35,386 bases of DNA from an uncultured Chthonomonadaceae bacterium (GCA_963835065.1 CAWIEK010000070.1:1-35386), one strand, 5' to 3'. Positions 1-10,442 are shown, counted from the first letter of the stretch. The notes: generated by a model not told the origin, from the sequence alone. Numbers and translations are program-made.

Positions 1-1457
1 AAATCCGTGACGACATTGCCGGCTACGTCTGTCAGGCGGTAATCGCGGCCCTGATAGCGGTACGTCAGGCGCGTGTGGTCTATGCCCAACTGGTGCAGCA
101 CGGTGGCGTTCATGTCGTGGATATGGACAGGATTTTCCGTGACGTTGTAGCAGAAATCATCGGTTTCGCCATACGACAGCCCGCCCTTGAAACCGCCGCC
201 CGCGATCCAGCGCGTGAAGCACCGGCCATGATGGTCGCGCCCATAGTTGTCTTTGGTCAGTGTGCCCTGGCTGTAAACGGTGCGCCCGAACTCGCCGCCC
301 CAGATAACCAGCGTGTCTTCCAGCAGGCCGCGCTGCTTCAGGTTTTTCACCAATGCTGCGGACGGCTGATCCGTGTCGCGGCATTGCCCCCGAATTTGAT
401 TGGGAAGGTCGCCGTGCTGATCCCAGCCCCGGTGGAAAAGCTGCACGAAGCGAACGCCCCGCTCCACAAGCCGCCGCGCCAGCAGGCAGTTCGCCGCGAA
501 CGTGCCGGGTTTGTTCGCTTCCGGGCCGTACATCTCCATGGTTGCCTGCGACTCATGCGACACGTCCATCAGGTCGGGAACCGATGCCTGCATTTTGTAC
601 GCCATTTCGTACTGCGCGATGCGCGTGTTGATTTCCGGGTCGCCGAACTGCTGCGCGGCAAGGTGGTTCAACTGTCCGAGCGAATCGAGCATCTGCCGTC
701 GGCTGGCGTTGTCCACACCGGGAGGATTGGAAAGATACAACACGGGGTCGCCCTGTGAGCGCAGTTTCACGCCCTGATGGATGGACGGCAGGAAGCCGCT
801 GCCCCACAGCCTGCCGAAAAGCGGCTGGTCGTTGCGGTTGCCCGTGCCCTGCGAAATCAGCACGATGTAGGCGGGCATGCTGCTGTTTTCGCTGCCCAAT
901 CCATACGACAGCCACGAGCCGATACTGGGGCGTCCCGGCTGCTGCGAACCCGTTTGTATGAACGTCACAGCGGGATCGTGATTGATGGCTTCCGTGTTGA
1001 CGGACTTGACCACGCAGATGTCGTCGGCAATTCCCGCCGTATGCGGCAGCAGTTCGCTGAACCACGTGCCGTTTTTGCCATGCTGCGCGAATTTGAAAGC
1101 GGGCGCGACGCAGGGAAACGACGTTTGCCCGCTCGTCATGCCCGTAATGCGCTGGCCGTTGCGGATGGACGCGGGCAGTTCCTGCCCGTGATGGTCTTTC
1201 AGTTTGGGCTTGTAATCGAACAAGTCAATGTGCGACGGCCCGCCGGACTGGAACAAATAGATAACCCGCTTGGCTTTGGGCGCAAAGTGCAAAAAGGGCA
1301 TGGCCCCACTTCCCTTGACGGCAAGATTGGGCTGCGCGTCGGCAAAAGCGTCCGGCGCAACCAAAGACGCCAATGCCGCCGTGCCGATGCCAGTCGCCAT
1401 GCGCCCGAACAACTGTCGGCGCGTCAGCAGCAATTCATATTCTCTTCGCGGGTCCAC
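1..1457 (-). CDS. DUF1501 domain protein (sulfatase-associated, Tat-like leader); 3' end runs off the window
   Basis: Not in the ORF track. Manual translation from GTG at 1457 (RBS AAGGAG) gives [32 protein letters not shown]; the same frame at the window edge reads [19 protein letters not shown], the typical DUF1501 C-terminus. Confidence 0.9.
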   Translation of the reverse strand, partial: MDPRREYELLLTRRQLFGRMATGIGTAALASLVAPDAFADAQPNLAVKGSGAMPFLHFAPKAKRVIYLFQSGGPSHIDLFDYKPKLKDHHGQELPASIRNGQRITGMTSGQTSFPCVAPAFKFAQHGKNGTWFSELLPHTAGIADDICVVKSVNTEAINHDPAVTFIQTGSQQPGRPSIGSWLSYGLGSENSSMPAYIVLISQGTGNRNDQPLFGRLWGSGFLPSIHQGVKLRSQGDPVLYLSNPPGVDNASRRQMLDSLGQLNHLAAQQFGDPEINTRIAQYEMAYKMQASVPDLMDVSHESQATMEMYGPEANKPGTFAANCLLARRLVERGVRFVQLFHRGWDQHGDLPNQIRGQCRDTDQPSAALVKNLKQRGLLEDTLVIWGGEFGRTVYSQGTLTKDNYGRDHHGRCFTRWIAGGGFKGGLSYGETDDFCYNVTENPVHIHDMNATVLHQLGIDHTRLTYRYQGRDYRLTDVAGNVVTD

Positions 1458-1661
1458 GTTCCACTCCTTGCAGGCGTTGCGAATTCCGCCGCCATGTACG
1501 CTACAATCTCACGCTTGATGCTGCACATCCTGCAGACCGCTTGCAACAAAATCGTCTCTTGTTTCCGGGTCATGCAGGCTGTCTACAGTCTACGGTTTGA
1601 TATAGTATACATCGTCCGCGAAAGGATTGTCGTGGTTCTGGAACGGATTGTCGAGAGAGAT

Positions 1662-2147
1662 TTAAGGATCAGGCAGCGTCAGGCTGCATTTGCGGTACTG
1701 GTCTTCCGTCTGCTTTTCGTTCAGGCCATGCAGGTAGGTAATCGCGTGTCCGTCACGGCTGACAGCGCTTAACTGAAAACTCTCCGCACCGGGGTAGCGT
1801 ACCTTCACCAGGGGGCGAAAGTGGCTTCCCCGACTCCATAAGCCAAGCGCCGCCGTGCCGTAAATGCTTGATGTGGCAAGAACAAGCGTGTGCGAACGAC
1901 CGGGAACCCACACTATGCCGTCCACACAATCCACATCATTTAGTACAGGCTTGCTGTGCGGGATGCGCTTGTGGTTCGGCGCGGCGCGGTAAATCCATAA
2001 GCCTGTAGAACCTTGGTCACTGCCGACATGGGCAATGTACTTGCCATCGGGTGAAAGGTAATCGCCGTTTTCCCGATGCGCTTGAACAGGGTTGGCGGCG
2101 CTATGCGCAAACAGGCTAAGGCAGACGGCAGTGGCAGACAGCAGCAT
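1662..2147 (-). CDS. Secreted hypothetical protein with a TolB/WD40-like 'LSPDGKYIA' repeat
   Basis: ATG at 2147 with AAAGGA RBS; signal peptide MLLSATAVCLSLFAHSAA. Confidence 0.7.
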   Translation of the reverse strand: MLLSATAVCLSLFAHSAANPVQAHRENGDYLSPDGKYIAHVGSDQGSTGLWIYRAAPNHKRIPHSKPVLNDVDCVDGIVWVPGRSHTLVLATSSIYGTAALGLWSRGSHFRPLVKVRYPGAESFQLSAVSRDGHAITYLHGLNEKQTEDQYRKCSLTLPDP

Positions 2148-2215
2148 GGGTTTGTCCTTTTGGTTGCAGCGTGGTTGAGAGTAGAAGAACGTTGCTTGTA
2201 GCAATTACGTGTGCG

Positions 2216-3127
2216 CTACCCTCCGGTTTCGGCTTTTTGGAGCAGTTCAACAATGTCTGAACAGCCGATTTCCTGAGCGCGTTGCAGCGGCGTCCTTCCC
2301 TCACCGTCCCGATGATGCACATCCGCTCCATAGCGTAGCAGCATGGCAACCATCTTCGGCAGACGATAAGTAATAGCCCATTGCAGCAAGGTTTCGCCAT
2401 TTCTGTTCGTCTGGTTGCAATTGCCACCGTGTTCCAGTAATACTTGTAAAACGGCGGGATTGTCCTTTGGGCGCAAGGATTGATAAGGATACTGCCCAAG
2501 CGCCACGAACAGAGCCGTTGGATGCTCAAAAAAGTGTTCCGGCTTGCCGATGGCTTTGTTCATCGCCCAAAGTAGAATTCGCTTGCGCCAACGCGATACC
2601 GACCCCGCCCCCCAATCCCGCGCTTGCAGGCTTGCTCCCTGATTGAGAAGCCCATTTACCGTTGCGGCATCGTAGGCTTTGATGGCGGCAATCAGCGCCT
2701 GATCCAATCCGGCTTGACGTCCGAAAAAGCCGCGTCCTAATTCTGAGGGAAATGCCGCAGGTGGAAAGCGCGCGGCTTCCTGTTTCCATTCCGAGCGCGG
2801 AAGTGGAGGCTGGCCGCGTATAGTGTCTGCATACGCGATTAACTCCCATTCTCGCTGCGCGGCTTCGCGTTCGCTGATGGCTTCGCCATAAAGGTCATAG
2901 CAAGTATACTCCTCCATCACTCTGCTAATGTGTTCATAAACGGGAAGGGTATGTTCCGTCTCCTCATCCCCGACAAGAAACGTTTTCAGCCGGAACCCCG
3001 CCGCATCATACTCGCTTTCAATCCGCTCCGTTACCGTATCTTCATCAACAGCGCGTCCATAATGTAGACTTGTTGCTTTCACGTCCGCCAGAAGCTCAAG
3101 AAAAATGGGATCATTAGCAATGGTCAT
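2216..3127 (-). CDS. Ankyrin-repeat protein with an unknown acidic N-terminal domain
   Basis: Ankyrin motifs GETLLQWAITYRLPKMVAMLLRYGADVHHRDGEGRTPLQRA. Confidence 0.85.
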   Translation of the reverse strand: MTIANDPIFLELLADVKATSLHYGRAVDEDTVTERIESEYDAAGFRLKTFLVGDEETEHTLPVYEHISRVMEEYTCYDLYGEAISEREAAQREWELIAYADTIRGQPPLPRSEWKQEAARFPPAAFPSELGRGFFGRQAGLDQALIAAIKAYDAATVNGLLNQGASLQARDWGAGSVSRWRKRILLWAMNKAIGKPEHFFEHPTALFVALGQYPYQSLRPKDNPAVLQVLLEHGGNCNQTNRNGETLLQWAITYRLPKMVAMLLRYGADVHHRDGEGRTPLQRAQEIGCSDIVELLQKAETGG

Positions 3128-3137
3128 AGTTCATTGA

Positions 3138-3582
3138 TTATCGTACAGCGCCGATCTTTTGGAGAAAATTTATGAGATCAGGCTTTTTGGCGACTGATAA
3201 GGCCGTGTACCCATCAGGATGTTTTGTCGAGGTCGGAGCGCGATAATCCACATCGGCATGATGCGCGATCAGCGCTTGAATGGTTTGCAGAAAATCGGGC
3301 CGATGCTACGAGTTGAGACCGGATCGTCACGGTCACATTCGAGGCTTTTACCGTGCAGATGAGAATGCTGTCGCCGTTGCCGTACTGCTCGTTGGCGGAA
3401 GCGCCCTGACCCAGCAACGCTTGTACGCACTCCGCTTGTCCGAACGTGGCGGCCCAAAACAAAGGCGTTAGTTCGCCGCGTATTCTCTGGCCGATTTCAG
3501 CCCCCGCCGCAAACAGCGCTTCCAGTTTGCCAACATCGCCGTTGATGGCGGCGGCAATCAGTTGTTTTCGCAAAGCATCCAT
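3138..3582 (-). pseudogene. Ankyrin-repeat protein, frameshifted near 3300-3320 (real or sequencing indel)
   Basis: N-part has TPLFWAATFGQAECVQALLGQGASAN; an alternative frame continues PDFLQTIQALIAHHADVDY...DGYTALSVAKKPDLINFLQKIGAVR* to TAA at 3138-3140, 10 nt before the next start. Confidence 0.75.
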
Positions 3583-3619
3583 GCGTCACTTCCCAACTTT
3601 CGCCTTTGCCGACGTTGCT

Positions 3620-3653
3620 ATTCGCGTCTATTTGCGTGTATTTGCGGCTGAAT
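3620..3653 (+). repeat. REP-like 3x10-mer ATT(C/T)GCG(T/G)(C/G)T, copy 1
   Basis: attcgcgtct atttgcgtgt atttgcggct; further copies at 4867-4905 (inverted) and 5611-5649. Confidence 0.8.
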
Positions 3654-4841
3654 CTACTTTTCCGGCTCGTCGGAAACGCCGGAGGGGTGTTCCTGCACGA
3701 TAACCGTGATGTCGCGTTCGCGCTTTTTGGCGGTTTCCGTGATTGCCACTTCTTCGGGACGGACTATGCGCAGAACCACTTTGTCGCCGGGTTTGTGGCG
3801 GGCGATGGTTTCGGACACGTCGCGGGGGTGCAGGATGTCGCGCCCGTCCATGCGCAGGAGAATGTCGTCGGTGTGCAGTCCGGCAAGGCTGGCGGGGGTT
3901 TCCGGCAGAACGCGGGCGATGTGGACGCCCTGCGCGGGGGGCAGGCTCAGGGACTCGCGCAGGATTTCGGGCACGGCTTCCACTTCCACGCCGATCCAGG
4001 GCTTGCCGGGCGGGCGGGGCGGCTTGCCCTCAGCGATGAGGAAGCGAACTGTTGCGCGAACGCTGTTGATGGGCAGGGCAAACCCTAACCCGATGCTGCC
4101 GCCGCTGCTGCCGGAACTTAGAATTGCCGTGTTGATGCCTATAAGCTGCCCGTTGGCATTGGCAAGCGCCCCGCCGGAATTGCCCCGGTTGATGGCCGCG
4201 TCCGTTTGGATCGCGCCGTCCAGGTTGTGCGCGTCGTCAATTTGCAGGTTGTGCCGATTCAGGGCCGAAACGATACCCGCCGACACGGACGACCCCAAGC
4301 CCATTGGATTGCCGATAGCCACCACGGACTCGCCCACTTGCAGTTTGTCCGAGTCCGCCATTTCCGCGCAGGGCAGGTCATGGGCGTCCACGCGCACAAC
4401 GGCAATATCGCGCTCCTGATCGCGCCCCACCAGCCGCGCGTACTGCCATTTGCCGTCCGCAAATGTCACGCGAATCCGGCTTGCGCCCTCAATCACATGG
4501 TCGTTGGTGACGATATAGCCGTCCGGCGTAATGACGACGCCCGACCCTTTGCCGCGCACTTCCTGATCCATGTAAAAGATGCGTCCATTGTCGTCCGACT
4601 GCTTCACGCGCCCCACAATGTCAATGTTGACCACTGCGGGAGCCAGCCGCCGCACCGCAAGGACGATTTTGCTGTCGGCAATGGGCGTCAGAACGGGAGG
4701 ACGATCCAGCATGGCTAGGGCGCGGCGCTGCGCTTCACTGGCGGCAGGCGAACGGGCCGGCAAATTGCGCAAGGCCAGCCCGCCCACAATCGCCCCACTC
4801 CCAAACACCGCCAGCAAAACCAGAAAGCGCCGCCCTCTCAT
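3654..4841 (-). CDS. htrA: HtrA/DegP-family trypsin-like serine protease with PDZ domain
   Basis: N-terminal TM segment; TNDHV, DIAVV and GNSGG catalytic motifs; QTDAAIN; C-terminal PDZ. Confidence 0.95.
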   Translation of the reverse strand: MRGRRFLVLLAVFGSGAIVGGLALRNLPARSPAASEAQRRALAMLDRPPVLTPIADSKIVLAVRRLAPAVVNIDIVGRVKQSDDNGRIFYMDQEVRGKGSGVVITPDGYIVTNDHVIEGASRIRVTFADGKWQYARLVGRDQERDIAVVRVDAHDLPCAEMADSDKLQVGESVVAIGNPMGLGSSVSAGIVSALNRHNLQIDDAHNLDGAIQTDAAINRGNSGGALANANGQLIGINTAILSSGSSGGSIGLGFALPINSVRATVRFLIAEGKPPRPPGKPWIGVEVEAVPEILRESLSLPPAQGVHIARVLPETPASLAGLHTDDILLRMDGRDILHPRDVSETIARHKPGDKVVLRIVRPEEVAITETAKKRERDITVIVQEHPSGVSDEPEK

Positions 4842-4866
4842 GCTGTCCTACCTCCGAAAAACTAGA

Positions 4867-4905
4867 AGAGAATTTAGCCGCAAATAGACGCGAATACACG
4901 CGAAT
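4867..4905 (-). repeat. REP-like 3x10-mer, copy 2 (inverted)
   Basis: Reverse complement reads attcgcgtgt attcgcgtct atttgcggct aaattctct. Confidence 0.8.
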
Positions 4906-4940
4906 TAAATACCATACCATTAGCCAACAGCAAAACGTTG

Positions 4941-5528
4941 CTAACCTTCCGGCGTGTCGAGAAGCTGCTGCAAGCGGGCGGCCAGTCCGGGAGGAAAGCG
5001 CGTTGTCCACGAATGGTCAAGCAGGCCGACATCCAGCAGGTCACGCAAGTGCGTTCGGTCCTTGTCCCGAAACGCGGTTAGTTTAATGCGTACCAGGGCT
5101 TCCAGCGTCAGGATGCGGAAATTGTCTGCCGCTTCCGTTTCGGTCACATCGGGGTTGGGCAGGGCTTCTTCGGGCCGGACTTTTTCGTTGGCGAACACGA
5201 TATGTACGGCGTCTCGCGCTTTCGCTTCCGGGCCATCCAGAAACACATCCAGCGCGCCAACATGCCGGTACACAAAACCAACGCTTTGCAGCGCGGGAAT
5301 CGCAAGGGTCAAGTCTGCACGGCGCAGCAGAATATCCACGTCCCGCGTGTTGCGTACCGCCGTCTCATCCACCCGCGTTACCCAGGCGGCAACCGCATTG
5401 TCATCCACAACCGCATAGGCAATGTTCGCCTGTTCCAGCGCAGCCGTTGCCCTCAACAGACGTTCCCGAACCTTTTCCACCGCCGCCACCATCCTATCCA
5501 GCGAAAACGGCTCCAGCAATGCTGACAT
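4941..5528 (-). CDS. Nucleotidyltransferase-fold hypothetical protein (AbiEii/DUF6036-like)
   Basis: YAVVxxNAVAAW...RNTRDVDILL (DxD motif) and C-terminal KLTAFRDKDRTHL. Confidence 0.75.
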   Translation of the reverse strand: MSALLEPFSLDRMVAAVEKVRERLLRATAALEQANIAYAVVDDNAVAAWVTRVDETAVRNTRDVDILLRRADLTLAIPALQSVGFVYRHVGALDVFLDGPEAKARDAVHIVFANEKVRPEEALPNPDVTETEAADNFRILTLEALVRIKLTAFRDKDRTHLRDLLDVGLLDHSWTTRFPPGLAARLQQLLDTPEG

Positions 5529-5610
5529 AACAGCGTGTCCTTAAACTCACATTTGTTTGTTCGTCAATGTGCCCTATCGCGGAACAACAACAAAAGAAAT
5601 CGGGATTGTC

Positions 5611-5649
5611 ATTCGCGTGTATTTGCGTGTATTTGCGTCTAAATTCTCT
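5611..5649 (+). repeat. REP-like 3x10-mer, copy 3
   Basis: attcgcgtgt atttgcgtgt atttgcgtct aaattctct. Confidence 0.8.
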
Positions 5650-5655
5650 CCACGC

Positions 5656-6129
5656 TTACGCCCTCAGTTGGCGCAGCAGGTTCGCCATTTCCATCACAAC
5701 CGTTGCGGCTTCCGCGCCTTTGTTGCCGGCTTTGCTGCCCGCGCGCTCAATCGCCTGCTCAATGCTTTCGACGGTAATCACGCCAAACGCGACCGGCAGC
5801 CCCGATTCCAGCGCCACGCTGTTCAGCCCACTCGTAACGGCCCCGGCGATATGGTCGTAGTGCGAGGTCGCGCCCCGAATCACGCAGCCCAGCGCCACAA
5901 TGCCGTCGTACTTGCCCGTCAGCGCCATTGTTTTGGCGGCAACCGGGATTTCAAAACTGCCGGGAACCCAGGCGATTGTCACCTGTTCCTCGCTGCCGCC
6001 GTGCCGCCGTATGGCATCCAATGCGCCTTCCAGCAGGGCTTTGGTAATGAAATCGTTCCATCGGCTGACCACGATCCCGAACCGCAGCCCGTTCGCCGTC
6101 AAGTGACCTTCCACAATTTGAGGGGGCAT
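5656..6129 (-). CDS. ribH: 6,7-dimethyl-8-ribityllumazine synthase
   Basis: IVVSRWNDFIT, VPGSFEIP, LGCVIRGATSHYD, ERAGSKAGNKG. Confidence 0.98.
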   Translation of the reverse strand: MPPQIVEGHLTANGLRFGIVVSRWNDFITKALLEGALDAIRRHGGSEEQVTIAWVPGSFEIPVAAKTMALTGKYDGIVALGCVIRGATSHYDHIAGAVTSGLNSVALESGLPVAFGVITVESIEQAIERAGSKAGNKGAEAATVVMEMANLLRQLRA

Positions 6130-6144
6130 GAGAACATCCTTTGG

Positions 6145-6251
6145 AGGTTTCAGGTTTCAGGTTTCAGATTTCAGGAAATGCTTGCTGTCAGATGCCAGAA
6201 ATGGTAAAAACAGGGTTAATCCTGACACCTGACACCTGAAACCTGACACCT
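6145..6251. repeat. Inverted pair of heptamer tandem repeats (AGGTTTC)n / (CCTGACA)n
   Basis: 6145-6175 and 6221-6251, between ribBA and ribH. Confidence 0.85.
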
Positions 6252-7500
6252 ACTCACTTTCGCCCTGCGCTTCCGCTTTCCCTTCCGGCGTCAGGTCGTT
6301 GCGGGAAAATATGTGGCCCATTTTTTCGCGCTTGGTTTGCAGGTAGCGGGCGTTATGCGGGTTGGCCTCGACGGAGATAGGAACCGATTCTATGATTTCC
6401 AGCCCGTAGCCTGCCAATCCGGCCACTTTTTTGGGGTTGTTGGTCATAAAGCGGATTTTCTTCAAGCCCAGATCGGTCATCACCTGCGCGCCGATGCCAT
6501 AATCGCGCAGGTCGGGCTTGAAACCGAGCATTTCATTGGCCGTTACCGTGTCCGCGCCGTTTTCCTGTAACTCATACGCGCGCAGCTTGTTAATCAGGCC
6601 GATGCCCCGCCCCTCCTGCTCCATGTAAATCAGTACGCCCCGACCCTCTTCCGCGATTCTTTGCAGCGCGAGATGCAGTTGGCTGCCGCAGTCGCATTTC
6701 AGCGAGTCCAGCAGATCGCCCGTCACGCACGAGCTATGGACGCGCGCCAGAACCGGTTCGCCATCCGCCACATCGCCCTTGACAAAGGCGACGACATGGT
6801 GTGGCTCCACGCTCGATTCATAGGCGTAGACTTTGAAATCACCGTACTGGCCTGTCGGCAGGTTCGTCACCGCCACCCGCGTAATCAAGCGTTCCGTGCG
6901 CCGCCGGTACGCGATCAAATCGGCCACGGTAATGATTTTCAGGTTGAATTGCCGCGCTACCGTTTCCAGTTCGGGCATACGCGCCATCGAACCGTCCTCG
7001 CCGACGATTTCGCACAACACGCCTGCGGGCTGAAAACCGGCCAACCGGCACAGATCAACGGTCGCTTCCGTGTGTCCCGCCCGCCGCAAAACGCCTCCCT
7101 CCGCCGCGCGCAGGGGGATGATGTGGCCGGGCCGCGCCAGATCGTCCGGTTTGGCGTTGGGGTCTACGAACACCGCAACGGTTTTGGCCCGGTCATACGC
7201 CGATATGCCGGTTGTCGCGCCGTGAATGGCGTCTACGGTGACCGTCATGGCGGTTCTGTGGCGGCTCGTGTTCGTGCCTACCATCATCGGCAATTGCAGT
7301 TGTTCCAAACGTTGCTCGGTTGTCGGCACACACGGGATGCCGCGCCCGTATTTAATGATGAAATTCATCACTTCGGGCGTACAGGCTTCCGCCGCCACAA
7401 TGAAATCACCCTCGTTTTCGCGGTCTTCGTCGTCCACGACAATGACCACTTTGCCCTGCCGCACATCCTCAATCGCGGCCTCAATGCTGCTGAAACTCAT
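6250..7500 (-). CDS. ribBA: Bifunctional 3,4-dihydroxy-2-butanone-4-phosphate synthase / GTP cyclohydrolase II
   Basis: [42 protein letters not shown]; start reset to ATG 7500 with GGAG RBS. Confidence 0.98.
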   Translation of the reverse strand: MSFSSIEAAIEDVRQGKVVIVVDDEDRENEGDFIVAAEACTPEVMNFIIKYGRGIPCVPTTEQRLEQLQLPMMVGTNTSRHRTAMTVTVDAIHGATTGISAYDRAKTVAVFVDPNAKPDDLARPGHIIPLRAAEGGVLRRAGHTEATVDLCRLAGFQPAGVLCEIVGEDGSMARMPELETVARQFNLKIITVADLIAYRRRTERLITRVAVTNLPTGQYGDFKVYAYESSVEPHHVVAFVKGDVADGEPVLARVHSSCVTGDLLDSLKCDCGSQLHLALQRIAEEGRGVLIYMEQEGRGIGLINKLRAYELQENGADTVTANEMLGFKPDLRDYGIGAQVMTDLGLKKIRFMTNNPKKVAGLAGYGLEIIESVPISVEANPHNARYLQTKREKMGHIFSRNDLTPEGKAEAQGESE

Positions 7501-7585
7501 CGGATGCTTCTCCGTATTTCTCCCCACCGCCCCACTTTTCATGAATATCGTGTAATTATTCAGTCTCATCTCAGAGGATACAGTT

Positions 7586-7630
7586 CTCCCCTCTCCCATG
7601 CTTTTTGGGAGAGGGGCCGGGGGTGAGGGC
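7586..7630. repeat. REP-like palindrome CCCCTCTCCC..GGGAGAGGGG-CCGGGGGTGAGGG
   Basis: Perfect stem; degenerate relative at 15661-15694. Confidence 0.7.
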
Positions 7631-7821
7631 GTGTATCGCTGTCGAACTTACATTCTAATACGCACGATTTGCCTGTCCTGTCGCACGGACATAAAGACAC
7701 CGGCGAAACTTGCGGCCTGCTTCGTCCGTACCGTAATCAGAACCGTTCTACCTAACGCCACAACGACGCTCCGGGTTGTGACTAAGCGGAAGAGCGTTGA
7801 AAGATCGTAGTTCCTGCCTTC

Positions 7822-7851
7822 CTATCAACTACGAACTATCAACTATCAACT
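7822..7851 (+). repeat. Heptamer tandem repeat (CTATCAA)n
   Basis: ctatcaa ctacgaa ctatcaa ctatcaa ct. Confidence 0.8.
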
Positions 7852-7893
7852 GTTTAGATAACTTTGCCCGGACAAATCAGAAGAGAGACTCTT

Positions 7894-9283
7894 ATGGCAC
7901 AACCTACGCGAGCCAGTACCAAGACAAAAGCGGAGCAGGAAGCGCAGCAAAAAGCCCTGCGCCGCGCGGAGCAGGCCAACATCCTCGCGGGCATACGTCC
8001 CATTTTGGAGCCGGAAGAACAGCTTCTCGCCTTTGCCCGCGCCCGCATCGCCGGGGGATGGCGCGGCAAACTCAACGTCGGCCCGGAAGCCTTTTTCGCG
8101 CCCTTCGCCAACGTCGCGCTGACCGAGCGCCGCTTTGTCGTGCAGCATGTCCACCATACCAGCGGCAGGCCGAGCGAAATGCTGCCCCACTCCTACACAT
8201 TGGGCGCGATTGCCAGCGCGACGTTTACCGACATTGAAACATTCGGCGGCGAACCGGCCTGCCGCCTCATTCTGCACCTGCAAAATGGGCTTTACGTGCG
8301 CCTGCGCCTGCGCGGTCAACTGAACTTTGCCGCCGCCAAAAACATGGTGGAACTCTACGACTCGCTCACGCTTGCGCAGCGCAGCGTTCCCGTTTCGCCC
8401 CTGCAAAAAAATTGTGCCAACTGCCACCAGATTCTGGATCAGGATTACAAGTTCTGCCCCTACTGCGGCACGGCGCAGGCGTCGGCTTCAGGCATTACGC
8501 TTGCCACGAGGGAAGAGGGGGAGACAGGGAGACAGGGAGAAGAGGAGAACGCGGCGGTGGCAGAGCCTGTGTATGTGGCACAGGAGACGGACTTTGCTTA
8601 TGAGCGGGCGGATCAGCCTGCCGAGTTTGGAACCGCGCTGCCATTGCCCGACGCCGCGCAGCCGGAGCCGGAAGAAATCGTTGACACCACGCCGGAAGAA
8701 AACGCCGCGCCGCCGGAAACGGGATTGACCACTGCGGAAACGAGTTCGGAGGACAGCGGGCAAGGAAAGGAGAATGGCCCCCGTCTGACGCTGGAGCCGG
8801 ACGATTTGACAACAATGGATTATCCGCTTTCCGCCGAGTTCGACACCACCGAACCCATTCCGACGACAGCAACCACATCCGAATCCGCAAGCGCCGATTT
8901 TGGGCAGTACGACGCGCAGGACTTTGCCGAACTGCCGTTCACGCAATCCTCCAATGCGCAGTCCGACGACGCGCATGGGCAGGCGCTGAATGTGGCGGAC
9001 GATCAATCCGACATCGTGCGGGACGACATCAACGAAGCCTTTGCGTCGTCATACGCCAATGACAGCGCGGGCATCGTCAAGGGAATCCAACGCGGAACAT
9101 CACAACTCGTTTGCTTCGGATACGGCGCATGTCACCGGCGACGACAACATTGATTTCAACGTGCCCACAACTGAGGAAGCGGCGGCAAGCGACCAACAGC
9201 CAACGACTAACAACCAGCCACCAGCCACCAATCACCAACAACCAATCGCTAACGACCAGCCAACAACGGAGAACCAAATATGA
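7894..9283 (+). CDS. PH-like domain + zinc ribbon + long acidic tail protein; probable frameshift near 9070
   Basis: NVALTERRFVV (bacterial PH-like); CANC..FCPYCG ribbon; frame 1 stops at 9153, while the shifted frame keeps the acidic composition and ends TGA 9283 overlapping the next ATG (ATGA). Confidence 0.75.
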
Positions 9284-10254
9284 CCGCTACGCCGCCGCTT
9301 GCCATTCCGGCCCGCCTGCGCTTTCCCGGCCTGTCGAGTTCCGCTTTCGAGCATCCGGGCGACCGCGCCGCGCTGGAATCCCTGCGCCGCACTCCGGGGC
9401 TGGACCGGCTGATAAAATCGCTGTCCGACATCGGCATCGAGCGCTATGTCCGCCTGCAATACGCCGGGGACGCCATTCGCGTGTCGCCGCGCCAGTGTTC
9501 GCGCCTGTACAACGACCTGCGCGAAGCCTGCAACATTCTCGACGTGCCAGAACCGGAGTTTTACATCAGCCAGAACCCGCAGCCGGGCGCTATCGCCTTC
9601 GGGATGCAGCGCCATACCATCGTTATGACTTCCACAATGGTTGACCTGCTCAACGAAGAGGAGCGGTTGCAAGCCATCGGGCGCGAGTTGGGACACATCA
9701 AAGCCGAACACATGCTGTACCGCACGATGGCCCGCGTAATCGCCGACTCGCTGACGGAACTCACGCGCTTTACGCCGTTCCCAACCGCCGCCTTGTCGCA
9801 GGGATTGCTGTACGCCTTCTTCGCGTGGTTCCGCAAGTCGGAATTGACGGCAGACCGCGCGGGCGTGTTGACCGTTCAAGACCCCAACGTCAGCATTTCC
9901 GCCCTGCTGAAACTCATCAGCGGCTCACAGAAGATGATGGACGACCTGAACATCGAGGAATTCACCAAACAGGCGGATTTGTTCGAGGATTTGGACGAAG
10001 ACCTGCTCAGTACCTATTACAAGTTCCGCCTGATTGCCACGCAGCCGTTCCCGTTTCCCGCCTCCCGCGCCCGCGAAATGCGCGATTGGGGGCAAACGGA
10101 GCAGTACAAGAAACTGCTTCGCGGCGATTACCCGCGCACCACCGTGGAAGCCGGACGCCGCACCTGCACCCACTGCGGCACGGTGACAGACAACATCACC
10201 TTCCGCTTCTGCCCCGAATGTGGCACACCGCTCGGCCCGGTCACAACAAAATAG
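9280..10254 (+). CDS. M48 (Ste24/HtpX-like) metallopeptidase homolog with C-terminal zinc ribbon
   Basis: FEHPGDRAAL, LSQ..WFRKSELTADRAG, RELGH at the HExxH position, CTHC..FCPECG. Confidence 0.88.
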   Translation: MTATPPLAIPARLRFPGLSSSAFEHPGDRAALESLRRTPGLDRLIKSLSDIGIERYVRLQYAGDAIRVSPRQCSRLYNDLREACNILDVPEPEFYISQNPQPGAIAFGMQRHTIVMTSTMVDLLNEEERLQAIGRELGHIKAEHMLYRTMARVIADSLTELTRFTPFPTAALSQGLLYAFFAWFRKSELTADRAGVLTVQDPNVSISALLKLISGSQKMMDDLNIEEFTKQADLFEDLDEDLLSTYYKFRLIATQPFPFPASRAREMRDWGQTEQYKKLLRGDYPRTTVEAGRRTCTHCGTVTDNITFRFCPECGTPLGPVTTK

Positions 10255-10261
10255 GAGAATT

Positions 10262-10327
10262 CACCACCCGCTGCGCTAGAGGCACAGAGGCCCTCTGTGT
10301 CTCTGTGCCTCTAGCGAAGCGGGTGGT
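10262..10327. repeat. Long REP-like palindrome with AGAGGCACAGAG / CTCTGTGCCTCT core
   Basis: accacccgctgcgctagaggcacagag ... ctctgtgcctctagcgaagcgggtggt. Confidence 0.85.
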
Positions 10328-10335
10328 TAGTTACG

Positions 10336-10370
10336 AAAAAAGTCCCGGCTTCGCCATTGAAGCCGGGATT
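10336..10370 (-). terminator. Intrinsic terminator on the minus strand
   Basis: Minus strand reads aatcccggcttc-aatggc-gaagccgggact-ttttt. Confidence 0.85.
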
Positions 10371-10435
10371 GACCGCAAGTGGCCGAAGCGCACTCGGGAC
10401 AAAACAAATTGAGGACGAGAAAGAAGGATACCTTC
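10336..10435 (-). ncRNA. Candidate ~100-nt small RNA
   Basis: Lies between a near-consensus promoter and a U-tailed terminator; no ORF; 5' hairpin, pyrimidine-rich linker and UUCG-capped hairpin. Confidence 0.65.
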
Positions 10436-10442
10436 GAGAAAT

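Noticed and set aside
75..1772. Long plus-strand ORFs 75-758 and 777-1772
   Set aside because: Antisense shadows of the minus-strand DUF1501 gene, typical of GC-rich DNA; the same applies to 10881-12107(-), 6661-7626(+) and 32533-33624(+)
7501..7890. FMN riboswitch upstream of ribBA
   Set aside because: The minus strand lacks the conserved AGGGCGGGGTGAAATTCCC / AGTCCGGATG motifs; only a REP-like hairpin and heptamer repeats are present
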